Shown: positions 28,647-38,902, numbered from the stretch's first letter. The stretch: DNA of 64,000 bases from Clostridia bacterium (GCA_017631085.1 JAGBTY010000017.1:77448-141447), one strand, 5' to 3'. Notes: a model not told the origin generated them from the letters alone. Numbers and translations are program-made.

Positions 28647-29686
28647 GCAACTGCTATTGCAGAAATTCCGGAAATAAGCTTTCCGACCACCACGGCGGCG
28701 GCGTACGGCGGAGCAAACATAGCGGTAAATGCCAGATGATCTCCCAGAGCAAATGCGGCAGATACGGCAAACGCCATATTAATAACTATGCCGCGTGGAG
28801 CCATCTTTTCCACAAGGCCAAAGGTTGGGATAGAGCTTGCGAGAGAAGTCAAAAGTCCAAGAGATGACGTTTCGTCAAGCCCTGTTTTCTTTGAGAGAAG
28901 TCCAAGAGGTTTTTTTAAAAGTCTTGATAGGATACTTATAAGAGGGAAGACGCCCGATAGCATAAATGCCAGCTTGAAGAGCATCTCGTATGATTCGGAG
29001 GCTGGAGCGAGACCTTTTATGGGGGTATATCCTGTCATAGCTTCAAGTATAGCGAGACCGAGGCCGAGCATTATAAGAGCAAAAAGGATTTTTCCGAACA
29101 CGGACACGATCTTTACCGATACTCTTGGAGCTTTGATAAGTCCGAGGATTATGACCGTGGAGAATATAAGCAAAGGAATAAGGTCAACGATAAGAGCTAT
29201 GGGGTGGAGTTTTAGCATAAGTCCCGACACAAAACAGCCTACGGGAATCGTTGAAACACCCGAAAGAAGACCGAGGATCACATACTTATGAGAGCTTTCG
29301 GGAGTGGTCTTTAATACGGTGGGAAGTGTAAAGGATATAGTAACTCCCATCATTGACGAGACGACGGTCGCGTTGAACAATCCAATAGATCCGTCAAGTG
29401 CAAGCTCAGAAGAAAGTGCAGCACCACCCATGTCGTTAGCAACGAGCATTGCCGAAAAGATCGACGGATCGATGTGTAAAAAGCTTGACAAGGGGATTAT
29501 TGCAGGTGATATAAATGTTTTTATTAAGGGAACGAGACATATCATTCCAAGCATGGATAGAGTCAACGCGCCTACAAGCTTTATGCCCTTTTCAAATTCC
29601 TCGCCCAGACCAAAATGATTTCCCGTTATGGCATCAAGGATGCCTATTATTGAAAAAATTGAAAATATCAACATCAATACGTTCAT
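28619..29686 (-). CDS. eutH: EutH-family permease
   Basis: GLGEEFEKG, ANDMGGA, SMMGVTISFTLP, AFALGDHLAFT. Confidence 0.85.
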   Translation of the reverse strand: MNVLMLIFSIFSIIGILDAITGNHFGLGEEFEKGIKLVGALTLSMLGMICLVPLIKTFISPAIIPLSSFLHIDPSIFSAMLVANDMGGAALSSELALDGSIGLFNATVVSSMMGVTISFTLPTVLKTTPESSHKYVILGLLSGVSTIPVGCFVSGLMLKLHPIALIVDLIPLLIFSTVIILGLIKAPRVSVKIVSVFGKILFALIMLGLGLAILEAMTGYTPIKGLAPASESYEMLFKLAFMLSGVFPLISILSRLLKKPLGLLSKKTGLDETSSLGLLTSLASSIPTFGLVEKMAPRGIVINMAFAVSAAFALGDHLAFTAMFAPPYAAAVVVGKLISGISAIAVAYFVSRKIN

Positions 29687-29880
29687 TTTGACTTTTGTGA
29701 CCTTTCACGGTTTTGATAGAGACATTATAGCACACAAATCACCTTTTTTCAATAGAAACTATATAAAAATAATGGAGCAAAATAAAAAATTCCATTGACT
29801 ATTCTAAATCTGTATGATATAATAAATAAGATTTGTTATAAAATATATGCGGGGCGAAGGCTCTGCTTTGGAGGATATTT

Positions 29881-30972
29881 TTGAAGAACGAAATGAAGCT
29901 TCGCTCGGGAACTACCATCAAGCAGATGGGAAGCGCCGAGGCGATTAAAAAGAACTATTTGTCACGAAAAACGCTCTCGGATATGCACCTGATGCCCTCG
30001 GGAGAGCCTATTGCATACGATATTGCTCCGGATGGCAGCATAATCTACTATTTTGATCCCGAAAAGGTGATAGAAGCACCGCCTGAAACATGGTATTTTC
30101 CGAATTCCAAAAAAGAGAGCATGACACTTCCCGGTGGAAGTATCATTCACAGAATGAGCATAAGGAATGCGGCGTCTTGCGGATATTATACGGCAGACAG
30201 GCTTGAAAAGATGCACTATGAGCCCATAGAAGAGCCTGTGGCATATACATATAAGGCAGATAAGAGCGTTCTTTACTTTTACGACAAGAAGACTGCCAAA
30301 AGACTTCCGCTGCTTTGCGTAAGGTGTGGAAAAGACATACGCTATAAGAAAAAGCTTTGTGAGGGCTGTTATGAGGTCGAGCTTGAAAAGAGAAGAGTCG
30401 AGGGCAATGAAAAAAGACAAGCGTACTACGGTATGGATAGAGAAAAGGTGTTGTTTTTTGACCTTGAGCTTACGGGATTTTACGACAGAGACGAGATACT
30501 TTCGATTACTATAGTTGACGGGACGGGAAGATCTATAATGGACACTTTTGTCCGCCCTGAGCACACCAAGAGCTGGAAAAAGACCGAAAAGGTGCACGGT
30601 ATAACGCCCGATATGGTTACAGATTCCCCCACTCTTAAGGAGCTCACGCCTGAAATAAAAAGGATCTTTCAGGGAGCAGACAATATAATCGCATACGGTG
30701 TTTCTACCGATTACAGTCATATCAAATACATATATGACACCGAAGAGGAGAGGGAGGAGCTGCACGGAAAGGTTCGTTGCTGTGCCAACGAGTTTGTACG
30801 CTTTGCTCATGAAAACCGTCCTGATGTAGTACACGCATCGCTTACCGATGCTATGAGCTGCTTCGAGATAGAATGGGAGGGTGTTCCTCACTCGTCGGTT
30901 GCCGATACTCTTGCCTGTAGAAAGGTATGGGAGACGCTTTTCCCCAATTATTATAACGCAAAACCCGAATAA
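29881..30972 (+). CDS. DEDDh 3'-5' exonuclease with N-terminal tandem repeat and Zn finger
   Basis: FFDLELTG, VHGITPDMV, HSSVADT; CVRC..CEGC; start may be 29893. Confidence 0.82.
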   Translation: MKNEMKLRSGTTIKQMGSAEAIKKNYLSRKTLSDMHLMPSGEPIAYDIAPDGSIIYYFDPEKVIEAPPETWYFPNSKKESMTLPGGSIIHRMSIRNAASCGYYTADRLEKMHYEPIEEPVAYTYKADKSVLYFYDKKTAKRLPLLCVRCGKDIRYKKKLCEGCYEVELEKRRVEGNEKRQAYYGMDREKVLFFDLELTGFYDRDEILSITIVDGTGRSIMDTFVRPEHTKSWKKTEKVHGITPDMVTDSPTLKELTPEIKRIFQGADNIIAYGVSTDYSHIKYIYDTEEEREELHGKVRCCANEFVRFAHENRPDVVHASLTDAMSCFEIEWEGVPHSSVADTLACRKVWETLFPNYYNAKPE

Positions 30973-30988
30973 AGAAAGGTAGATGCGA

Positions 30989-32167
30989 ATGAAAGAGATA
31001 TTACTTTGTAAATATGGCGAGATAGTTCTGAAGGGTGCGAACAGAAAGTATTTTGAGGACCTTCTTTGCCGAGAAATGAAAAAAAGAGTAGCCGGATACG
31101 GTGATTTTGACGTGTACAGAGCACAAAGCACCATATATATTGAGCCAAAGAACGAAGACTCGGATATTGACGGAGCTTTCAATGCTGCTTGTAAGGTTTT
31201 TGGAATAGTTGCCGTTTCAAGAGCAGCTGTGTGCGAGAAGAACATGGAGGATATCTCGAGAGTTGCCGCAGAATACATTCCTGCATTCCTTGACGGAAAA
31301 AGAAGCTTTAAGGTTGAAGCGAAGCGTTCTGACAAGTCGTTTCCTCTTGATTCCATGGAGATATCGAGAGAGATAGGCGGAGTTATTCTTGACAGCTGTC
31401 CGAGAATGAAGGTGGACGTACACACCCCCGATGTTACGGTAAGAGTTGAGATAAGGGAATTTGGCGCATACGTAAGCGCCGGATCATTCAAGGGCGCGGG
31501 CGGAATGCCTATAGGAAGCAACGGAAGAGCTATGCTTCTCCTTTCAGGAGGAATAGATTCCCCTGTTGCCGGCTATATGATAGCCAAAAGAGGTGTTCGT
31601 CTTGATGCTGTACATTTTGAGTCCTTTCCGTATACCAGTGAGATGGCAAGAGAAAAGGTTCTTGACCTTGCAAAGATAGTTTCCGAATATGCGGGAGATA
31701 TTTACGTTCATGTCGTATCCTTGACGCATATTCAGGAGGAGCTTGTCAGAAATTGCGAGGAGGATTATTTTACCCTGCTTCTCAGAAGATATATGATGAC
31801 GATCGCCGAAAGGATAGCAAAAGATAAGGGCTGTTCGGCTCTCGTAACGGGAGAAAGTCTCGGTCAGGTGGCGTCACAGACAATGATGGCGCTGGGAGTG
31901 ACCGATTCGGCGGTAAATATGCCGGTGTTCAGACCATGTATAGGAATGGATAAGGAAGAGATAGTCACGATAGCAAGAAAGATCGGAACGTTTGAGACGT
32001 CTATCCAGCCCTATGAGGATTGTTGTACTGTGTTTACTCCGAAGCATCCGAAAACCAAGCCTGAGCTTGAAAAGGTCCTCGTGCAAGAAAACAAGCTTGA
32101 TTTTGAGGGGCTTGTGGCAGAAGCCATGGAAAATATCAACACGGTTCATATTTTTCCCGATTATTGA
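30989..32167 (+). CDS. thiI: tRNA 4-thiouridine(8) synthase
   Basis: YGEIVLKGANR, LSGGIDSPVA, TGESLGQVASQT, EDCC. Confidence 0.96.
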   Translation: MKEILLCKYGEIVLKGANRKYFEDLLCREMKKRVAGYGDFDVYRAQSTIYIEPKNEDSDIDGAFNAACKVFGIVAVSRAAVCEKNMEDISRVAAEYIPAFLDGKRSFKVEAKRSDKSFPLDSMEISREIGGVILDSCPRMKVDVHTPDVTVRVEIREFGAYVSAGSFKGAGGMPIGSNGRAMLLLSGGIDSPVAGYMIAKRGVRLDAVHFESFPYTSEMAREKVLDLAKIVSEYAGDIYVHVVSLTHIQEELVRNCEEDYFTLLLRRYMMTIAERIAKDKGCSALVTGESLGQVASQTMMALGVTDSAVNMPVFRPCIGMDKEEIVTIARKIGTFETSIQPYEDCCTVFTPKHPKTKPELEKVLVQENKLDFEGLVAEAMENINTVHIFPDY

Positions 32168-32305
32168 TCGGTCTCTGCATATTTAATGTGGCAAAAGAGT
32201 CTGTGAAGGGGTATATTGCCCCTTCACAGAAAAAAATAAAAAAATTTTTAAAAAACTATTGCATTTTTAAAAAAGATGTGGTATAATAATCAAGCTGTAT
32301 AAAAC

Positions 32306-32380
32306 GGCCCCTTGGTCAAGCGGCTAAGACATCGCCCTCTCACGGCGAAAACATGGGTTCGATTCCCGTAGGGGTCACCA
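32306..32380 (+). tRNA. tRNA-Glu(CTC)
   Basis: GGCCCCTTGGTCAAGCGG..TCGCC-CT-CTC-AC-GGCGA..GGTTCGATTCC..ACCA, 75 nt. Confidence 0.96.
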
Positions 32381-32514
32381 AAAAGAAAAACACACCACGG
32401 TGTGTTTTTTTTCTTTTTGGTGATTTGTCTCGGTATGAGAACTCCCGAACTTGTTCGGGGAGGGTTGCAACGTTTTGCATTAGCAAAACTTGCCGTTGAG
32501 CGAAGCGAAACATT

Positions 32515-32534
32515 GATTCCCGTAGGGGTCACCA
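32515..32534 (+). repeat. Duplicate of the tRNA-Glu 3' end (20 bp)
   Basis: GATTCCCGTAGGGGTCACCA identical to 32361-32380. Confidence 0.93.
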
Positions 32535-32767
32535 AACGTAACAAATCCGAACTGTTTCATAAATCGAAATTGGTTCGGATTTGTTTTTTTATTGCAATTA
32601 TTCAAAGCATTGCTAAAATAACTGATAGGTGATTTTATTTTAAAAGAGAAAAATATGTTATTTTTTAAAAGAAATTGACAAAGCATGTTCTATGTGGTAT
32701 ACTATATAGTGAGTTAATACTGCATATGTAAAGAAAAGCTTAATTTTTTTAGTGGGTGAGAAAGAAA

Positions 32768-34048
32768 ATGGCAATAAACGGAGAGAAAAGCAAGCTGAAG
32801 AATGTCCTCGGTGATTCTGTTTTAAGCATCGCGGGGCTTATTCTTATGAACGTTGTTCTTCAATTTATTGTTTATCCTTCATGGCGCTCCGAATATAATG
32901 CTGAAATATATGGGGACATACTTTATCTTATCTCGCTTATGAATATAATTGCCGTCTCAATGGGGGTTGCTTGTAATTATGCACGAATGACCGAGGTACA
33001 AACGGGGAAAAATAAAAATCTACCCTATATTGCTATACTTGGGCTTTCTTCACTTTACGGGATAATTGCTGCGATAATTTTTGGTGTGTTTGGCGGCGTC
33101 GAAATGTCTGTCCTGGAGATAATTCTTTATGCCGTATTGCTTTGTCTTACTATGTGGCGGTATTATGCAGACGTAGAGTTCAGAATGTCCTTGAATTATA
33201 AAGGATTTTTCCTTTATTATTTCTTGATAAGCATTGGATACGGTGTAGGAATATTTCTGTTTAAGCTTACGGGACTTTGGGCAATGGCGCTTATTCCCGG
33301 AGAGCTTTTTGGAATTTTGCTGGTCTTTATCTTTGGACACGTTTTTGAACTTGATACGCTGTCAGATAAAAAATATTTTAATGCTGTTTTAAGAACGGTG
33401 CTACTGCTTTTTGGCGCGGAGATATTGTCAACGATAGTATTTAACGGAGACAGAGTTGTTCTGAAGCACTTCGTTGGTTCTTCTGCCGTAACTATTTACT
33501 ATCTTGCGTCACTTCTCGGAAAGACGATAGCATTATTGACAACACCGCTTAACGGGGTAATAGTAGGGTATCTGTCGCGTTATAAAGGGCGGCTTACTCT
33601 AAAAATAATGAATATAGTTCTTGCACTGTCTTTGGGGGCGGTCATAATTGCGACCTTTGCTTGTACCGTAGGCTCTCATATAATTATTTCAAGGCTTTAC
33701 CCGGATGATTACGAAAGTGCGAAGACATATTTCATTATTGCAAATCTTGCCCAAGTCTTGTATTTTGCGGCCGGAGTTGTTACGGTGGTATTGCTTAAAT
33801 TTTCAAAATCAAGATATCAGATATATGTAAACGTAGCGTTTGCGGTAGCATTTGCGGTCATTTGTATACCAATGAGCTATTTTGGCGGACTCCTGGGATT
33901 TTGCTGGGGAATGATTTTAAGCTGCGGAGTAAGGTATATATCGGGTATTTTATTAGGATACAAGGACGCTCTAATTCAAACATCGGTTTCACAGAAGTGT
34001 GAAAAAATCGTTAGTGAAAGTAACAGAGGGGGAAAAAATGACTATTGA
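32768..34048 (+). CDS. Polysaccharide/teichoic acid flippase-like (MOP/Wzx) membrane protein
   Basis: About 12 TM helices, DRVVLKHFVGSSAVTIYY; overlaps licD. Confidence 0.7.
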   Translation: MAINGEKSKLKNVLGDSVLSIAGLILMNVVLQFIVYPSWRSEYNAEIYGDILYLISLMNIIAVSMGVACNYARMTEVQTGKNKNLPYIAILGLSSLYGIIAAIIFGVFGGVEMSVLEIILYAVLLCLTMWRYYADVEFRMSLNYKGFFLYYFLISIGYGVGIFLFKLTGLWAMALIPGELFGILLVFIFGHVFELDTLSDKKYFNAVLRTVLLLFGAEILSTIVFNGDRVVLKHFVGSSAVTIYYLASLLGKTIALLTTPLNGVIVGYLSRYKGRLTLKIMNIVLALSLGAVIIATFACTVGSHIIISRLYPDDYESAKTYFIIANLAQVLYFAAGVVTVVLLKFSKSRYQIYVNVAFAVAFAVICIPMSYFGGLLGFCWGMILSCGVRYISGILLGYKDALIQTSVSQKCEKIVSESNRGGKNDY

Positions 34049-34838
34049 AGTTTTGCACGACCAACTTTTTGAGGTAATGCTTCTTGTTGACGAGATATGT
34101 AGAAAAGAAGGAGTAAGATACTTTATTGACAGTGGTACGGCAATAGGTGCTGTAAGAGAAAAGAATTTTATCCCGTGGGACGACGACGTTGACTTTAAGG
34201 TCTTGCGTGAAGATTGGCCGCGTTTCAAGGAGGCTATGAACAAGCATTTGCCCTCAAACTACCGTCTCGTAGAGCCTATCGACATGGCACCGGCTTTTTA
34301 CGATTTCGTTCCAAGGGTAATAAACATGGACAAGCCCTTGAGAGAAGAGACCGAAGAGGATAAGTTTTATAAAAATTATCAGAACAGAGTAGGTCTTGAT
34401 ATATTTATTTTTGACAAAGCACCGAATTCTTCACTAAAGCAGAAATCGATGCTGCTCAAATGCAAAATACTTTACGGAATGGCAATGTCAAAGCGTTATA
34501 AGGTTGATATGTCAGGATATAGCTTTATGCAAAAGCTTGAGTCCAGAGTGTGTATGTTCATGGGAAAATTCTTTTCCACCGAAAAGATATTGAAAAAGCA
34601 TGAAAAAGCAATGACGAAATATTCATCGCTTACAGACAATAAGTACCGCTTCCCCGGAAACTATCTCTTGAGAGAGCTTGGATTTTTCAATGAGGAGTGG
34701 TATGAGGATACCGTTTATATGCCTATTCGCGATCACGATTTTCCTATGCCTGTGGGTTACGACGGAGAGCTTACCAAGATGTATGGAGATTATATGCATC
34801 CTCCTAAAGATAGGTCTATATATAAAACACATATATGA
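34038..34838 (+). CDS. licD: LicD-family phosphotransferase
   Basis: GTAIGAVREKNFIPWDDDVD, LDIFIFD, YGDYMHPP. Confidence 0.9.
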   Translation: MTIEVLHDQLFEVMLLVDEICRKEGVRYFIDSGTAIGAVREKNFIPWDDDVDFKVLREDWPRFKEAMNKHLPSNYRLVEPIDMAPAFYDFVPRVINMDKPLREETEEDKFYKNYQNRVGLDIFIFDKAPNSSLKQKSMLLKCKILYGMAMSKRYKVDMSGYSFMQKLESRVCMFMGKFFSTEKILKKHEKAMTKYSSLTDNKYRFPGNYLLRELGFFNEEWYEDTVYMPIRDHDFPMPVGYDGELTKMYGDYMHPPKDRSIYKTHI

Positions 34839-35032
34839 GTAAAGCGGTGAGGTCGAGGTTTATAGAATATTGACCTGCCGGTAAAAAGGACAGAGAATTT
34901 TGGGTTTTACCCGAGTTCTCTGTCTTTTTTTATGTTGGTTTTGTATTTCGAAACATAGCTATCATTCTGCTGTTTCAAAATGTTTTGATGTAGCAATATA
35001 CATTATACTCTTTAAATAAACAGTTTTTTAAA

Positions 35033-35063
35033 GTCATACCTTAAAGCGAGCTTTACATATAGT
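35033..35063 (+). promoter_or_regulatory. sigmaE-like (mother-cell) promoter of the ATPase gene
   Basis: GTCATAC at 35033 and CATATAGT at 35056, spacing matching the sigmaE consensus TCATATT-N15-CATACGAT. Confidence 0.55.
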
Positions 35064-35123
35064 AATGTATAAGTATTATGCACACAAAGGCAAACAAATA
35101 AAACGGAAAAGGGGAAATCCTAA

Positions 35124-36032
35124 ATGATAGAACGAACAGAAGATATACGGAAGGGACTTGGCGGCGAGGAGGTGGCATTATCTGCGCAAAAAAACGGTGT
35201 CAACCGTTTAAGTGTTGGTAAGAAAAAAAGCTTTTTGAGACATTTTCTTACAAATCTTGGTGACCCCGTTATAAAAATATTACTTTGTGCTCTTGTTGTA
35301 AATCTAATATTTGTATTCAAGGGTGGGGATATATTTGAAACGGTCGGCATAGGAATATCGATCTTTTTGGCGGTGACCATATCCACTGTTTCCGAAAGGG
35401 GAAGCGAAGCTGCCTTTAAACGATTATCCGAGGAGTGTGCGCGGGCAGAGTACAGAGTAAGACGCGACGGAAAAATAACTCTTATACCCATAGAAGATAT
35501 AGTTGTAGGAGACGTAGTAGTGTTAAGCGCGGGAGAACAAATACCTGCTGACGGTTACGTGATATGGGGCCATCTTGGAGTAGATCAATCTTCTATGACA
35601 GGAGAGAGCCGCGAGGTTGAAAAGCAACCTAATAAGGATAAAATAAAAAGCCCCGAGTCGAAGACATCGGTGCTAAAGGGAAGTCTCGTGTTATCGGGTG
35701 AGGGAGAGATCGTTGTTTTTGCTGTTGGTGATAACACTTTTCTTGGAGAAATATCAAAGGAAGTTCAGATTGCAACACGAGAAAGTCCTTTAAAGGTAAG
35801 ACTTACGAAGTTGGCAAAGCAGATAAGTCGACTTGGTTACATCGCGGCGATCCTTGTGGCTGTCGCTTTTTTTGTCAGTAGCCTTGTAGGAGACAGCGGT
35901 TGGAATAGAGAGCTGATCCTAACAAAGCTTGCTGACAAAGGCTACATGTGGCAAAATCTGCTCCATGCTTTTATGCTTGGTCTTACTGTTATCGTGGTTG
36001 CTGTTCCTGATGGAATGTCTTACTATAACTGA
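35124..36032 (+). pseudogene. 5' half of a Ca2+-type P-type ATPase, interrupted at the M4 PEG motif
   Basis: Cation_ATPase_N, IVVGDVV..GEQIPADG, DQSSMTGES, then VVAVPDGMSYYN* instead of VAVPEGLP; no DKTGT domain anywhere in the window. Confidence 0.88.
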
Positions 36033-36081
36033 TAATAGTCCAAATTTAATGTTTTCTCTAAAAAGCAGATGGTTGATTTGT

Positions 36082-37458
36082 TTAATTAAATGTTATAGAT
36101 ATTTCTCCGTTTTCGGAAAGGTAGATCTTATTTAGCGTTCTTGACCAGAATGCTTTTTTGGCTATGGGGGTAAGGTCACGGTATGAAATATGAAAGTCGT
36201 TGAATTGTTCCAGATCTATCGGATCGCGCATAGGCTCTTTTTTCTCGTTTTCCGCATCTTTTAATGACGCCATTAGTGCGGTATATTCCTTTTCATACAT
36301 TTCCTTGGGTAGAAGATCGTTAATATACAGATCCTTTAGCTTTTCTATTTTTGCATAAATTTTTGAAGTATCTATGTGTTTTGGCGGAGATAAGGCTTTT
36401 CTGCTTTGAAATGACAGGTTTATCTTTTCTATCTCGGAAAGAAGATTGTCAGATAACCACTCCTCAAGCTTGTCCTGGTTGAATTGCTTTGACATATCGC
36501 AAAGATGCATCGTATGGGCAGGACAACGGTAATAGACAAATGTCTGCTTGACCGTTCCGTCTTTGTTTTTATTATGGCAAGTATAGGTCGTCATTCGTCT
36601 GTCGCAAGAAGAACAGAAAACAAGTCCCGTGAAAAGATAAACTCTGTCAGAGCGACTTCCATCGTGTCTTGCAGAACGGACATTTATTATAGCGGAAACA
36701 ATATCAAAGGTGTTTTTGTCGATTATGACAGGACACCAATTTTCAATTCCGTAGGCTTCTCCGATATACCATTTGTTTTGAAGTATGTGTTTCATTGATT
36801 TTGTGTCGATGCTTTTTCCGTATTTGTTGAGTATATATCGCGAGGTGGCTTTCATTGAACGCAGGTCTATATATTTCTGAAACAGATCTCTGACGATATT
36901 AGCCTCATCTTCGTTTACCACTGCTTTTTTATCTCTGATCTCGTATCCGAGCGGTGTTTTGCCGGAAATGACCCTTCCTTCTTTGACCATATTGGAAAAG
37001 ACGAATTTTATACGCTCTGACGTTCTGTCGGATTCATCTTGCGCAATGGCAAGCTTTATGTTGAGCGCTAATCTGCCGTTGGCGGTAGTGGTGTCGTAAT
37101 CTTCCTCGGTCGCTATCCATTGGACGTTGTTTTTATCAAGTATGCTTTGCACTTCATAATAATCGGCAATATTACGAAACCATCTGTCCAGCTTGATAAA
37201 AAGCACAACGTCTATCTTTTGAGCCTTGATGTCATCGAGCATTCTAATAAATTCAGGACGCTTTGTATAACGCTTTCTCGCTGAAATTCCTTCGTCGATA
37301 TAAAGATCTACTATTACCAGATCGTTTTCTTTTGCGTATTGAATAAGACGCTCCCTTTGTGCATCAAGGGACAGACCTCTTTGAGCCTGTTCTTCTGTTG
37401 AAACTCTGGTATACAGTGCTGCGCGTTTCAGGGTACTGTTGATTCTGTTTGTTTTCAT
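36082..37458 (-). CDS. Large serine recombinase (integrase)
   Basis: ALYTRVSTEEQ catalytic Ser, KLDRWFRN, PLGY, Zn ribbon CSSC..CPAHTMHLC, coiled coil; intact 458 aa. Confidence 0.95.
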   Translation of the reverse strand: MKTNRINSTLKRAALYTRVSTEEQAQRGLSLDAQRERLIQYAKENDLVIVDLYIDEGISARKRYTKRPEFIRMLDDIKAQKIDVVLFIKLDRWFRNIADYYEVQSILDKNNVQWIATEEDYDTTTANGRLALNIKLAIAQDESDRTSERIKFVFSNMVKEGRVISGKTPLGYEIRDKKAVVNEDEANIVRDLFQKYIDLRSMKATSRYILNKYGKSIDTKSMKHILQNKWYIGEAYGIENWCPVIIDKNTFDIVSAIINVRSARHDGSRSDRVYLFTGLVFCSSCDRRMTTYTCHNKNKDGTVKQTFVYYRCPAHTMHLCDMSKQFNQDKLEEWLSDNLLSEIEKINLSFQSRKALSPPKHIDTSKIYAKIEKLKDLYINDLLPKEMYEKEYTALMASLKDAENEKKEPMRDPIDLEQFNDFHISYRDLTPIAKKAFWSRTLNKIYLSENGEISITFN

Positions 37459-37478
37459 GTATCCCCTTATTATAATAA

Positions 37479-38057
37479 TTATCTTTTGAAAGTTTTTTCT
37501 TTAGTTATGTATTCTTCAAAATTTTTATACAGTTGTTTTTCTGTGGGGTCGGTCAAAAATTTTCCTCGCTTATATAGCTCTTTCATTCTCCGAGCTCTGG
37601 TGATGGAAATATCACTTTCAACTCGGCAGTATCTTGCTATCTCATCTGCAGAGTGTAGATCCAGCCCCCAAAGTACGCAGGCGGGGCAGAGAAGGCGCAG
37701 GGCGAACATGTCGGCTTGTTGTTCGGATTTCGGTTTCGTGGATACTTCCTTTGCTTGAGGGAAATGACCAAGACAGAGGTCATGACCGAGGAAAATGTGT
37801 CCAAGCTCATGGGCGACGGTGAAACGTGAAAGCTCTGTAGGGTTATTGTCGTTGTAAACAATTATCCAATTAGTACCGTCAAAAAATGATTTGCCGTTTT
37901 CATTTGGCTGCAAGACGTTGACCGACGTATCTCTGATAACGCGTACACCTGCGGTACGTGCGATCTTCAGAACGTCAACAGGAAGACGGTCAATATTAAA
38001 ATCGATCAAGCACTGCCATGCGCTATGTCGAATATTTTTATACAGTCCGTAGTACAT
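37479..38057 (-). CDS. ImmA/IrrE-family metalloendopeptidase (anti-repressor)
   Basis: RFTVAHELGHIFLGH, EQQADMFALRLLCP. Confidence 0.92.
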   Translation of the reverse strand: MYYGLYKNIRHSAWQCLIDFNIDRLPVDVLKIARTAGVRVIRDTSVNVLQPNENGKSFFDGTNWIIVYNDNNPTELSRFTVAHELGHIFLGHDLCLGHFPQAKEVSTKPKSEQQADMFALRLLCPACVLWGLDLHSADEIARYCRVESDISITRARRMKELYKRGKFLTDPTEKQLYKNFEEYITKEKTFKR

Positions 38058-38059
38058 TT

Positions 38060-38590
38060 TTATAACAAGGGATCATCAGTATCCTTGGCGGATTTGATCT
38101 TTTCCCATTCTTCCTTTTTTATAGTGATTATCTGATCAGGGCGGTTATCTTTCGAAGAAGCTGCAGAATATATCTGCACATAACCGTCGCTTTCCACACC
38201 AAGTAAATGGTCAACTGCGCTTTGGAATTCGGGGTGGAGTCGGTAAGCGGTGATCACATTCAATTCGTGCTGCGAAAGAGTGAGTGGGCTGGGTGTTATC
38301 TTCGAATTTATGCTTTCTTTTTGTAAAACTTTATTGTCGCTGTCCAAAAGTCGGGTATCAAGGTCGGAGGATCTTGTATCCGGATTTTTTTCTTCGCCTA
38401 AAAGATGACCGACCGAAACGTCAAAATATGAAGCGATCTTTTGTGCTGTTACGGCAGATACGCCCGAACGCCTCCCCATCTTCAGATCTGTCAGAAGTCC
38501 TTTGCTGATTCCAAGGTCGGTGCACATTTTTCCCCCTTTGACCCCTTTCTTCTCGCACAATGAGATAATATTCTCGTACAAAGTGCTCAA
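38060..38590 (-). CDS. XRE-family (ImmR/CI-like) repressor
   Basis: HTH (MCTDLGISKGLLTDLK..QKIASYFDVSVGHLLG); TTG start at 38590 with AGGAGG 8 nt upstream. Confidence 0.88.
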   Translation of the reverse strand: MSTLYENIISLCEKKGVKGGKMCTDLGISKGLLTDLKMGRRSGVSAVTAQKIASYFDVSVGHLLGEEKNPDTRSSDLDTRLLDSDNKVLQKESINSKITPSPLTLSQHELNVITAYRLHPEFQSAVDHLLGVESDGYVQIYSAASSKDNRPDQIITIKKEEWEKIKSAKDTDDPLL

Positions 38591-38626
38591 TTGAACGCCC
38601 TCCTTTTTGGTTGTTGTTTCCAAAAA

Positions 38627-38765
38627 TACTCAAAAAAGTATTTTTTGACTTGACAAATTCTCGAACAAGTACTAAAATATACCCGATAGGTACTCGAACG
38701 AGTAATATATATTCCTTTTGATAATCCGTTAATATAATTATAGTACTTAAATAGGAGATTGTCAA
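38627..38765. promoter_or_regulatory. Face-to-face promoter switch with three operators
   Basis: Rightward TTGACA(38650)-17-TAAAAT(38673); leftward TTGACA(38765-38760)-17-TATAAT(38742-38737); 14-bp sites at 38627, 38658, 38691 related to TACTCGNNCGAGTA. Confidence 0.8.
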
Positions 38766-38902
38766 GATTAAAATAAATAAGGAAGAAAATTTTTAAAAGG
38801 TGAGAAGCAAATATGAAAAATAGTCGAAATATAAAAAATACTTCTTTAATAGCTTGTTCGTTCATATGATAGAATAGTGCTGATTGTTCTTAGGAGGGGA
38901 AA

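Noticed and set aside
29962-31521. 519-aa antisense ORF
   Set aside because: Shadow of the exonuclease and thiI genes; no motifs.
32768-34838. Flippase-licD pair as a tRNA-Glu-integrated island
   Set aside because: The tRNA 3' duplicate lies before these genes, and there is no further att copy or tyrosine integrase.
38658-38704. LexA (SOS) boxes in the switch region
   Set aside because: CGAAC half-sites lack GTTC at the N4 spacing; they fit the element's own operator better.
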